Shown here: positions 17,688 through 25,904 of the stretch, in pieces
Layout of the letters: the number at the start of each line of letters is the position of its first letter
Numbering within the stretch: the stretch's first letter is position 1
Assembly: GCA_963675515.1 (NCBI GenBank)
Contig: OY776328.1
Location: 2,190,001-2,222,000, forward strand
Reading direction: 5' to 3'
DNA length: 32,000 nucleotides
Source: Coprobacillaceae bacterium
Lineage (GTDB): Bacteria; Bacillota_I; Bacilli_A; Erysipelotrichales; Coprobacillaceae
Position numbers and translations under genes: made by a program
The notes under the pieces: generated by a model
Database searches by the model: none
The model's input: the letters and a program-made list of their open reading frames with translations, nothing else
Told to the model about the DNA's origin: nothing

Positions 17688-20084
17688 TCAGTAGAATTTT
17701 GAAAGGTCGTCGAGATGCCAGATATCATCGACATATTGTTGGATGGTCCGATCCGATGAGAAATAGCCGGATTTGGCAATATTGATAAGCATCATCTTGC
17801 CCCATTGGTGCTTGTTCTGGTACATCCGGTCAACCTTTTGTTGGGCCTGGCGGTAGGCATCGAAATCGCCCAGCACCAGATATTCGTCGTTCTTGCGCAT
17901 CAGCTCGTCGAAGACAATCCGGAATTCTTCCCGGTTTTTCGACCAGGTTCCGTCAGTCAGACTGTCGATGATCCGCTTGATCATCCCATTGTTGTTGTAG
18001 TAGTCCCATACCTGGTAGCTGCCATCAGCCTTGATCTTCGATACCTGCCGGCTGGTAAAACCGAATATCGCGCAGTTTTCATAACCGACCTGCTCACTGA
18101 TCTCGACATTGGCACCATCAAGGGTTCCCAATGTCAGGGCGCCATTCATCATGAACTTCATGTTTCCGGTTCCTGAAGCCTCTTTTCCCGCCAGGGAAAT
18201 CTGCTCCGACACGTCGGCGGCAGGCATGATCATTTCCGCCTTGGATACGCCATAGTTCTCGATGAACACAACCTTGATGAACTTGCTCACATGAGGATCG
18301 TTGTTGACTACATCACCCACCGAGTTGATCAGCTTGATGACATTTTTAGCGAAATGATAGCTTGAAGCCGCCTTGGCCCCGAAGATGAAGGTCCGCGGCA
18401 CGATTACCTTGTCCGGGTCATCCTTGAGCTCGAAATACAAAGCCATGATGTTGAACACATTGAGCAGCTGGCGTTTGTAGCCATGGAGCCGCTTGACTTG
18501 GACATCGAAGATCGAATCGGTGTCAACTTCGACACCATTGCATTCCTTGATGCACCTGGCCAGGATCTCCTTGCGCTGCTTCTTGACCTGGAAGAAACGG
18601 TCGATGACCGCCTGGTCGTTGACATGGGCGATCAGATCCTCCAGCCTTTGGGGCTGTTTTACCCAATCGGTGCCGATCGTATCATCAAGTAAGCTGGCCA
18701 GCTGGCCGTTGGCATAGCGCAGCCACCGCCGGTGGGTGACCCCGTTGGTCTTGTTGTTGAACTTATCCTTGAAGATGGTCGCAAAACCCTTAAGCTCATG
18801 GTTGATCAGGATCTCGGTATGCAAAGCGGCCACCCCGTTGACCGAGAAGCTTCCCACAATAGCCAGACGCGCCATATGGACATAGCCGTCCTTGAGGATC
18901 ATCACATCGTTGGCCAGATGCTCATATGAATTGGCCCGCAAAAAGGCGTTGAAACGGTGATGGATCTCGTCGATGATCTGGTAGATCCGAGGCAACAGCT
19001 GTCTTACCATGTCGATTGGCCAGGTTTCCAGGGCCTCGGATAAGATAGTGTGGTTGGTATAGGCGAAGGTGTTGGTCGTGATGGCCCACGCATCTTCCCA
19101 TACATAATCGTATTCGTCCATCAAGATCCGCATCAGTTCGGGAATAGCGAGAACCGGATGGGTGTCATTTAACTGGATGACATGCTGCTCGTAGAAATTG
19201 TCAAGACTTTCATTGATCCGCAGATGTTTGGAAACAATCGCCTGGACCCCAGCTGAAGTGAAAAAGTATTCCTGCTTGAGCCGGAGCATCTTTCCCTTGT
19301 AGCTTGAATCATCCGGATAGAGCTGCTGGCAGATATCCCGGACATTGGCAATATAGTTCGAAAAATCCTGACCGCGGGGAATCCTGTCGGCACTTTCGGC
19401 ATTCCAGAGGCGCAGCGTGTTGGTAGTCTTGGTGTCCGCACCGACTATAGGCACGTCATAAGGAATCGCATAGACTTCTTCGGCATCCTGGAGTTCGAAC
19501 CGCTTAGTTTCCTCATTGAATTCGATGTGGCCATAGAATTTGACCACCTTCTTGTGTTTGGGCTTGCGCACTTCCCACATGAAGCCCGTCGCCATCCAGT
19601 TGTCAGGCAATTCCACCTGATAGCCGTCTTCGATTTTCTGTTTGAACAATCCATACTGGTAACGGATGGTATGGCCCTGTCCGGCATAATCGAGCGATGC
19701 CAGCGAATCGAGAAAGCAGGCAGCCAGCCTTCCCAAGCCGCCATTTCCAAGACCTGCATCAGTCTCGATTTCTTCAAGTTCATGGACATCGATATTCAGT
19801 TCCTTGAGCCCGTCCTTGACCATATCGTAGATGCCCAGGTTCATCAGGTTGCTTGTGAGCATCCGCCCCATCAAAAATTCCATCGAAAAGTAATGGACTT
19901 CCTTGGGCTTGTTGCAGGCGATCGCATGTTTGGTCTGGACCCAGTTGACTGAGGCGTAATCCCGAATCAGCGATTCGAGCACAAGAAACTTTTCGGTTTT
20001 GTCCGATTCGTCGGTTTCCCGACCGTACATTTCAACAATTCTGTTTGAATATTCGTTTTTGAATTCCTCTTTAGTATTGAACAT
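17688..20084 (-). CDS. glgP: glycogen / maltodextrin phosphorylase (GT35)
   Basis: 798 aa with the PLP-lysine motif EASGTGNMKFMMNGALT and full-length phosphorylase architecture. RBS GGGGGGA. Confidence 0.95.
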   Translation of the reverse strand: MFNTKEEFKNEYSNRIVEMYGRETDESDKTEKFLVLESLIRDYASVNWVQTKHAIACNKPKEVHYFSMEFLMGRMLTSNLMNLGIYDMVKDGLKELNIDVHELEEIETDAGLGNGGLGRLAACFLDSLASLDYAGQGHTIRYQYGLFKQKIEDGYQVELPDNWMATGFMWEVRKPKHKKVVKFYGHIEFNEETKRFELQDAEEVYAIPYDVPIVGADTKTTNTLRLWNAESADRIPRGQDFSNYIANVRDICQQLYPDDSSYKGKMLRLKQEYFFTSAGVQAIVSKHLRINESLDNFYEQHVIQLNDTHPVLAIPELMRILMDEYDYVWEDAWAITTNTFAYTNHTILSEALETWPIDMVRQLLPRIYQIIDEIHHRFNAFLRANSYEHLANDVMILKDGYVHMARLAIVGSFSVNGVAALHTEILINHELKGFATIFKDKFNNKTNGVTHRRWLRYANGQLASLLDDTIGTDWVKQPQRLEDLIAHVNDQAVIDRFFQVKKQRKEILARCIKECNGVEVDTDSIFDVQVKRLHGYKRQLLNVFNIMALYFELKDDPDKVIVPRTFIFGAKAASSYHFAKNVIKLINSVGDVVNNDPHVSKFIKVVFIENYGVSKAEMIMPAADVSEQISLAGKEASGTGNMKFMMNGALTLGTLDGANVEISEQVGYENCAIFGFTSRQVSKIKADGSYQVWDYYNNNGMIKRIIDSLTDGTWSKNREEFRIVFDELMRKNDEYLVLGDFDAYRQAQQKVDRMYQNKHQWGKMMLINIAKSGYFSSDRTIQQYVDDIWHLDDLSKFY

Positions 20085-20096
20085 AGAAATTCCCCC

Positions 20097-20122
20097 CTAT
20101 GAAATCACTCTATTAAATCACT
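20097..20122. repeat. tandem 13-nt direct repeat CTAT(G/T)AAATCACT x2 in the glgB-glgP spacer
   Basis: 20097-20109 CTATGAAATCACT and 20110-20122 CTATTAAATCACT match at 12 of 13 positions. A partial third copy, AAATCAT, follows. Confidence 0.8.
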
Positions 20123-20134
20123 AAATCATATCTA

Positions 20135-22027
20135 TTAACTGATTGTATCATCTTCTTCCACAAATTCCAAAATTAACGCACTAAAGGGTGCGATAAGGAC
20201 AGGCAAATAGTGGGTTTTATCGTCATTTTGGCCTTGATGGGTCCTGATTGGATCCGGATTGACGAGATTTTGGCCGCCGTATGTTTCCAGGTCGGAGTTG
20301 AGGATTTCCCGAGCCACGCCTTTTGAAGGAACCGGAACCGAATAATAGCGATGCAGATTGGTTCCGAAGTTCAAAATTGTGATCAGACCCGGCTCGTTTT
20401 CCTTGTTCGATTTGCGGTAATAGGCGAAAACCGACTGGAGATTGTCATCGACAATGAGCCACTGGAACTTGTTGTGGTCATAATCGGTCCCACTGAGACA
20501 TGAATAGTCGAGATACAGGTGGTTGAGCTGTTTTACAAACCTGAATGCCGCCTCGTGAAGCGGGTATTGCAGGATTGACCAGCCGATTTCCTTTTTCTCG
20601 TCCCATTCCTTGAATTCGGCAATCTCGTTGCCCATGAAATTGAGCTTTTTGCCCGGATGGGTCATCATGTAGGCGAAGAGCACTTTGAACTGGGCGATTT
20701 TCTGTTCAAGATTACCCCAGCACTTGTCAAGGATCGTCTTCTTGCCATGGACCACCTCGTCATGCGAGAATGGCAGCAGGAAGTTTTCAGTGTAGAAATA
20801 ATGCATCGAGAAGGTGATCAGGTTGTGGTTGTCCTTGTTCGAACGGAAATAAGGATCCAGTTCCATGTATTTGAGCGTGTCATTCATCCAGCCCAAATCC
20901 CATTTGTAATCGAATCCCAGCCCGCCCACACTAGGCCATTTGGTCACACCCGGATAGTCGGTCGAATCTTCGGCAATAAGCATCACAGTCGGATGGAGAT
21001 GATGCATCGTATCGCACATCTGCTTGATGAATGATATCGAATGGCCCATCTCTCCGGCGTTGCGGTTGCCGTCGTAATAGATCATGTTGGCGATGGCGTC
21101 GAAACGGAACCCGTCGCAATGGAAATAGGTCGCAAAGAAGTTCACTGCCGAGAGCATGAACGAGCGGACATGGTTTTTCGAATAATCGAAGTAGACGCTG
21201 CCCCAAGAAGAATAGCGGCGGTTGATGTCGTCACTTTCATAGACCGTCCCCCCGTCAAACAGGTAAAGCCCATGGCCGTCTTTGACATAATGGGTCGGCA
21301 CAAAATCGATGATGACCCCGATTCCGGCCTTGTGGGCCTTGTTGATGAAGTGCATCAGCTGCTTTGGATCGCCATAGCGGCTTGTCGCAGCGAAGTAACC
21401 GGTTGTCTGGTAACCCCATGATCCGTCGAAAGGGAACTCGGTTACAGGCATCAGTTCGATGTGGGTGTAACCCTGTTCCACCACAAACGGAATAAGCATG
21501 TCGGCCATTTCCTCATAGCTGTAGAATTCCCCGTCCTCGCTTCCGTCATCGGAAAATTCCTTTTTCATCCGCCAAGAACCGATATTGACCTCGTAGATGT
21601 TCATCGCCTTGGTGAAGTTGAGATCGCGGTTTTCAAGCCACTTCTTGTCCGACCAGGTGAAGTGTTCGATCTCATAAGTCTTCGATGCCGTTGCCGGTCT
21701 TTCCTCACAGAAAAATGCGTATGGATCGCTCCTGTCGACTGTCGCATGCGAGTGCGTCTCGATCCGGTACTTGTAGATCTCGAATTCTTCAAGACCTTCG
21801 ACAAAAAGGGTGTAGATTCCGCCATCATCATATTTTTCCATATAATGTTCGCTGCCATCCCAGTCGTTGAAATCACCGACAAGCTGGACACTTATCGCAT
21901 TGGGCGCAAAAACGGTAAAGCGGACTCCATCTTCGCCATCATAATTCTCAAAATGAGCTCCAAACAGCTTGTAGCTAGTGCTGGAATTTCCAGCGTAAAA
22001 ATCATTAATCAAATCCACTTTCAACAT
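20135..22027 (-). CDS. glgB: 1,4-alpha-glucan branching enzyme
   Basis: Contains the GH13 regions DFVPTH, GFRFDAIANM, IAEDST and FSHDEV, plus an N-terminal CBM48-like segment. Start chosen at MLKVDLI (ATG 22027-22025), with AGGAGA 6 nt upstream. Confidence 0.95.
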   Translation of the reverse strand: MLKVDLINDFYAGNSSTSYKLFGAHFENYDGEDGVRFTVFAPNAISVQLVGDFNDWDGSEHYMEKYDDGGIYTLFVEGLEEFEIYKYRIETHSHATVDRSDPYAFFCEERPATASKTYEIEHFTWSDKKWLENRDLNFTKAMNIYEVNIGSWRMKKEFSDDGSEDGEFYSYEEMADMLIPFVVEQGYTHIELMPVTEFPFDGSWGYQTTGYFAATSRYGDPKQLMHFINKAHKAGIGVIIDFVPTHYVKDGHGLYLFDGGTVYESDDINRRYSSWGSVYFDYSKNHVRSFMLSAVNFFATYFHCDGFRFDAIANMIYYDGNRNAGEMGHSISFIKQMCDTMHHLHPTVMLIAEDSTDYPGVTKWPSVGGLGFDYKWDLGWMNDTLKYMELDPYFRSNKDNHNLITFSMHYFYTENFLLPFSHDEVVHGKKTILDKCWGNLEQKIAQFKVLFAYMMTHPGKKLNFMGNEIAEFKEWDEKKEIGWSILQYPLHEAAFRFVKQLNHLYLDYSCLSGTDYDHNKFQWLIVDDNLQSVFAYYRKSNKENEPGLITILNFGTNLHRYYSVPVPSKGVAREILNSDLETYGGQNLVNPDPIRTHQGQNDDKTHYLPVLIAPFSALILEFVEEDDTIS

Positions 22028-22054
22028 ATGCTTTCTCCTTTTTGAATTTTCAGA

Positions 22055-22091
22055 CAAAAAAACAAGGAGGCGGTATCAAAACCGTCTCCTT
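22055..22091 (-). terminator. intrinsic terminator-like hairpin between pgm and glgB
   Basis: AAGGAGGCGG (22064-22073) pairs with CCGTCTCCTT (22082-22091). This gives a 10-bp stem with one mismatch on the transcribed strand, followed by a U-run (RC of 22055-22063). Confidence 0.55.
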
Positions 22092-22095
22092 TAAA

Positions 22096-23790
22096 TTATT
22101 CGCCAATAATCTTCAACATATCCTTATGCAAGATCTCTGTTTTTTCACTGGCATCAGCCACGCTGTTGCCCTTGATCGAAAAGTAGAACTTGCATTTCGG
22201 TTCGGTACCGCTTGGTCGTGCGGCAATCCATGAACCGTCTTCAAGATAGTATTTCAAAACATTAGATTTTGGTAAATCGATAGGTGTGACTTCACCATTT
22301 TCATAACGTTCGCTTAGTTTGAAATCTTCAACGGCTGCAACGTTAATTCCACCGATAGCTTTAGGAGCGTCTTGACGTAAATTATCCATAATTTCTTTGA
22401 TTCTTTTTGCACCTTCGCTACCGCCCTTTTTCAAGGCCAATTGTGATTCCTTGAATGTACCGTATTTGGCATACAGTTCATCCAGCACATCGATTAATGT
22501 CTTGCCTTGCGCCTTGTAGTAGGCACCGGCTTCAGCCGCCAGCAAGACAGCCTGGATGGCATCCTTGTCGCGGACAAAATCCTTGACAACACAGCCATAT
22601 GATTCTTCATAACCAAAGATGAATTGTTTTTCCTTGGTCGCTTCGTATTTGCGGATCTTGTCGCCGATGAATTTGAAACCGGTCAGAGTCTTCTCGACTT
22701 CGACACCGTAGTTGCGACAAACCAGTTCCCCAAGGTCGCTGGTAACGACCGTATTGTACATTACCGCATTCTTTGGAAGCTGTCCTTTTGCCTTGAGCTG
22801 TGACAGGATGTATTCAAGATACACTGCCGCCGACTGGTTACCTGACATAAGTTCGTATTTGTCGCCTCTTTTGGCAACGACTCCCAACCGGTCACCGTCC
22901 GGGTCACAGATGACAACGACATCGGCATCTGTTTCCTGCGCTTTTTTGATCGAAAGTTCATAAGAGGCGGCTTCTTCCGGGTTTGGTGTTTTGGTGTTCG
23001 TGTAATCCGGGTCTGGTGCGCATTGCGCCAACACCGGAATCAGATTGTACCCCAGACGTGGCAACACTGTGCGCACCGGAATATTCGAAGTCCCATGCTG
23101 AGGTGAGAAGACAATCTTGAAATCGTCCTTTTTGACATCATCATTGATGACGATCCCCATTACCGCCTCATAATAAGCCTCATCGACCTCGGTAGAGATC
23201 CAGTTGATCAAAGGATAAGCCTCATCCATTGAAATCAGTTCAATATTTAACTCATCTTCCACTTCATTGACGTAATCAACAACCATCTTCCCCCATTCAG
23301 GAATCAGCTGGCAACCCGTGTCATCGTATACCTTGTAGCCATTGTACTCTTTTGGATTGTGGCTGGCGGTGATCATGATCCCACCCGCACATTTCAAATG
23401 ACGGACTGCAAAAGACAATTCAGGAGTCGGTCTCAATGACTCAAAGATATAGGACTTGATGCCGTAAGTGGCTAAAACAAGCGCCGATTCGATCGCAAAG
23501 CGATATGACATGTGGCGGTTGTCATAACCGATAACAACACCACGTTCCTTTCCGTTTTCAAGGTCCAACACATACTTGGCAAAACCGACGTTGGCCTTGC
23601 GAACTGTATAGATGTTCATGCGGTTGGTACCTGCCCCTAAAATACCGCGCATTCCCGCCGTACCAAATTCCACATTGGTATAGAATGCATCTTCCTTTTG
23701 TGCTTCATCCATTGCGAGCAACTCGGCTTTCAACTTGGCATCCAAGTTCGCAAATGAATTCCAGCGATTAAATTCCTCTTTATAATTCAT
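22096..23790 (-). CDS. pgm: alpha-phosphoglucomutase (phosphohexomutase family)
   Basis: 564 aa. Contains the active-site loop TASHNPKEYNGYK, the metal loop CDPDGDR, and GYEESYG. RBS AGAGGTGA. Confidence 0.93.
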   Translation of the reverse strand: MNYKEEFNRWNSFANLDAKLKAELLAMDEAQKEDAFYTNVEFGTAGMRGILGAGTNRMNIYTVRKANVGFAKYVLDLENGKERGVVIGYDNRHMSYRFAIESALVLATYGIKSYIFESLRPTPELSFAVRHLKCAGGIMITASHNPKEYNGYKVYDDTGCQLIPEWGKMVVDYVNEVEDELNIELISMDEAYPLINWISTEVDEAYYEAVMGIVINDDVKKDDFKIVFSPQHGTSNIPVRTVLPRLGYNLIPVLAQCAPDPDYTNTKTPNPEEAASYELSIKKAQETDADVVVICDPDGDRLGVVAKRGDKYELMSGNQSAAVYLEYILSQLKAKGQLPKNAVMYNTVVTSDLGELVCRNYGVEVEKTLTGFKFIGDKIRKYEATKEKQFIFGYEESYGCVVKDFVRDKDAIQAVLLAAEAGAYYKAQGKTLIDVLDELYAKYGTFKESQLALKKGGSEGAKRIKEIMDNLRQDAPKAIGGINVAAVEDFKLSERYENGEVTPIDLPKSNVLKYYLEDGSWIAARPSGTEPKCKFYFSIKGNSVADASEKTEILHKDMLKIIGE

Positions 23791-23924
23791 ATCATCACCT
23801 CTAAGAAGATTATATCAAATATAGGTTTTCAAAACTACTATTTTTTTCTTTGTATGCGCTTCACCGTGTCGTTTTTGACACCTATGGAATTCATTTACCA
23901 AGAAAAAGCCTGGATTAATCATCA

Positions 23925-23958
23925 CAAAAAACAAACCCGTGACTTTACTGTTCGCGGG
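23925..23958 (-). terminator. weak intrinsic terminator after ybaK
   Basis: The reverse strand forms ACCCG / CGGGT (5 bp) with a 14-nt loop containing the stop codon, followed by UUGUUUUUUG. Confidence 0.4.
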
Positions 23959-24427
23959 TGATTTTAACAACGGTTCCATCAAGTAGCCTGACAAGATCTT
24001 CCCGGCCTACCGCCATCTGGTAACCGCGCTGGCCTGCCGAAATCAGGATGGTCTCCATATCAATGATGACGTCGTCGAAATAAACCGGTAAGGGCTTCTT
24101 GAGTCCCACCGGCGAACAGCCGCCCCGCACGTATCCGGTCAGTGGCAGCAGGTCTTTCATGTTGATCAGTTCAACCCGCTTGTTGCGACTTGCCTTGGCG
24201 AGTCGCTTTAGATCGATTTCCCGGTCAATCGAAATGCAGGCAACCAGATACCCAGTGTCGCCCTTGCAGACGATTGTCTTGAGATGGTTGGACAGGGGAT
24301 AAATCGCCTTGGCCTTGATCATGTCGATAAGGGCGATGTCCTCTTCGTATCCGATCTCCTGGATTTCATAATCGATCTTGTGTCTGTCCAGGATCCGAAG
24401 CGCATTGGTCTTGAATTTCTTCGCCAT
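23945..24427 (-). CDS. ybaK: YbaK/EbsC-type Cys-tRNA(Pro) deacylase
   Basis: Start at MAKKFKTNALRILD (ATG 24427-24425), preceded by GGAGGA. The approx. 160-aa length and GYVRGGCSPVG fit the YbaK editing-domain family. Confidence 0.85.
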   Translation of the reverse strand: MAKKFKTNALRILDRHKIDYEIQEIGYEEDIALIDMIKAKAIYPLSNHLKTIVCKGDTGYLVACISIDREIDLKRLAKASRNKRVELINMKDLLPLTGYVRGGCSPVGLKKPLPVYFDDVIIDMETILISAGQRGYQMAVGREDLVRLLDGTVVKITREQ

Positions 24428-24440
24428 AATTCCTCCTACA

Positions 24441-24462
24441 AAAAAAGCCCCCAAGCGGGGAC
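24441..24462 (-). terminator. rho-independent terminator of ptsH
   Basis: Reverse strand reads GUCCCC-GCUU-GGGGGC, a 6-bp GC-rich stem with a tetraloop, followed by U6. It ends 4 nt before the ybaK Shine-Dalgarno site. Confidence 0.75.
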
Positions 24463-24469
24463 CTAAATT

Positions 24470-24739
24470 TTATTCTGCTACTTTTTGTTCTTTGATTACT
24501 TTTGCGATTGAAGCAATTGCGTCTTTTTCGTCTTCACCTTCAGCTACAACTTCAACAGTTGCTTTAGTAGGTACACCTAAAGACATAACACCCATGATTG
24601 ATTTTAAGTTAACTGATTTACCGTTGTAGATTAAAGTAATATCAGATGTGAATTTGCTTGCTTGGTTTACTAAAATAGTAGCTGGACGAGCATGTAATCC
24701 TACTGGATCAGATACTACGAATGATAATTTTTCTGCCAT
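24470..24739 (-). CDS. ptsH: phosphocarrier protein HPr
   Basis: 89 aa. GLHARPAT carries His15 and KSIMGVMSLG carries Ser46. RBS AAGGAGGA. Codon use is strongly biased (GGT, GCT, GTT, ACT, AAA, GAA, TTA). Confidence 0.95.
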   Translation of the reverse strand: MAEKLSFVVSDPVGLHARPATILVNQASKFTSDITLIYNGKSVNLKSIMGVMSLGVPTKATVEVVAEGEDEKDAIASIAKVIKEQKVAE

Positions 24740-24771
24740 TTGTTTGACTTCCTCCTTGAATTTATAAAATA

Positions 24772-24800
24772 ATTATAGCACTTGAAGACTTGAATTAAAA
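24772..24800 (-). promoter_or_regulatory. candidate ptsH promoter (extended -10)
   Basis: Reverse strand reads TGcTATAAT (TATAAT = RC of 24772-24777). The -35 region is weak (TTTTAA). Confidence 0.45.
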
Positions 24801-24811
24801 GGGTTTTTTAC

Positions 24812-24857
24812 AAAAAAAATGCGCTTACACAATCAACCGATTAAAAGCGCATTTTTT
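24812..24857. terminator. bidirectional rho-independent terminator after the methyltransferase gene
   Basis: AATGCGCTT (24818-24826) pairs with AAGCGCATT (24844-24852) around a 17-nt loop. An A-run and a T-run flank the stem. Confidence 0.65.
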
Positions 24858-24860
24858 ATA

Positions 24861-25904
24861 TTATTCCGGCTTTTTTGCCACAAGAATGAAGCGGTAAGTC
24901 GTCAGGTCGAAATACGATTTTTCCTTGATCGACTTCGATGCATTAAGGTAGAATGACATGAATGATTCGGCTGTTTCCACCTTGGCGGGAACGATGCCTT
25001 TGGTGAAATTGACCAGGGCCTTGATCGAGTTGAAACGGATGAATCCGCGGTCTTCATAAGACTCCTCGATATCAAAGCCGATCTGGCGCAAGGTTTCCTG
25101 GGCGGAGCTCAGGTCCCAGTGACCCTTGATCCTGAAAGGAATGAATGAGTGCATGATTTCCTTGTAGTTGTCGGTTCCCAGCTGCTCGATGATCACCCGG
25201 CCTCCGGGCTTTAAAATGCGCCACATTTCATACTTGTCGTAATTGGCCATGGCGGAGATGACAACATCAAGTTTTTCCTCCTTGAAGGGCATCTGGCCTT
25301 CCGCTGTCAGCTTGGTGATCTTGACCTGGTCGTCGAACTGGTTGTTTTGGGCCTGGTTGTTGATATCGACAAGGTACGTTATCGGTGGCAGGTTGCGCAA
25401 CATTTTCAGGAATTTGCCTCCGTCACTTGCCATGACAGCCAGATGGTCTTCGGGTTCGAGGTACTTTTCAATCACCTCGTTGGTGTCATATTTGGGCGAG
25501 GCGATATCGACACTCTCGCTGTAATCGGGATTGTTTTTCGCTTCAGTTATCTGCCCTAGCAGTTCCTGGAATTCCACAATATGCTTTTTAAAGCGGCGTT
25601 TGGCATATTGGTATCCCAGCCACTGGCTCAACACATCGCCAAGGGTAGCCGTCGCCACCAGCCCCAATATCTCCAGGATCCACTGCAGCGATCCAAGCTG
25701 GGCATCACTTATGGCCAGGTATGTCAGGCCGGCAGCGATGATCATCAGGGTATTGCGGCGGTAATGGAAAGGTTTGGCAAAACGGTTGTAGTAATAGCCA
25801 AGAGCGCGTTTCTGCGCCTGGTAATGCTCCAGTTCCATCGTGATGATCCTGAACAATGTCAGCATGATCAAAATCTCTATTAAAAAAATTGTGTAATAAT
25901 TCAT
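24861..25904 (-). CDS. membrane-anchored class I SAM-dependent methyltransferase-like protein
   Basis: Roughly the first 100 aa carry about 3 hydrophobic helices. The C-terminal domain has YLVDINNQ (beta-2 acidic residue), MPFKEEKLDVVISAM and ILKPGGRVIIE (type-11 MTase-like). The Gly-rich motif I is atypical (VMASDGGKF). The ATG directly abuts the upstream stop codon. Confidence 0.7.
   Translation of the reverse strand: MNYYTIFLIEILIMLTLFRIITMELEHYQAQKRALGYYYNRFAKPFHYRRNTLMIIAAGLTYLAISDAQLGSLQWILEILGLVATATLGDVLSQWLGYQYAKRRFKKHIVEFQELLGQITEAKNNPDYSESVDIASPKYDTNEVIEKYLEPEDHLAVMASDGGKFLKMLRNLPPITYLVDINNQAQNNQFDDQVKITKLTAEGQMPFKEEKLDVVISAMANYDKYEMWRILKPGGRVIIEQLGTDNYKEIMHSFIPFRIKGHWDLSSAQETLRQIGFDIEESYEDRGFIRFNSIKALVNFTKGIVPAKVETAESFMSFYLNASKSIKEKSYFDLTTYRFILVAKKPE

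Noticed and set aside
23868-23885. GTGTC-N6-GACAC inverted repeat upstream of pgm, and possible cre (CcpA) sites near the pgm, pulA and ldh promoters.
   Set aside because: The inverted repeat has arms of only 5 bp. I found no sequence that fits the cre consensus TGWNANCGNTNWCA at any of these promoters.
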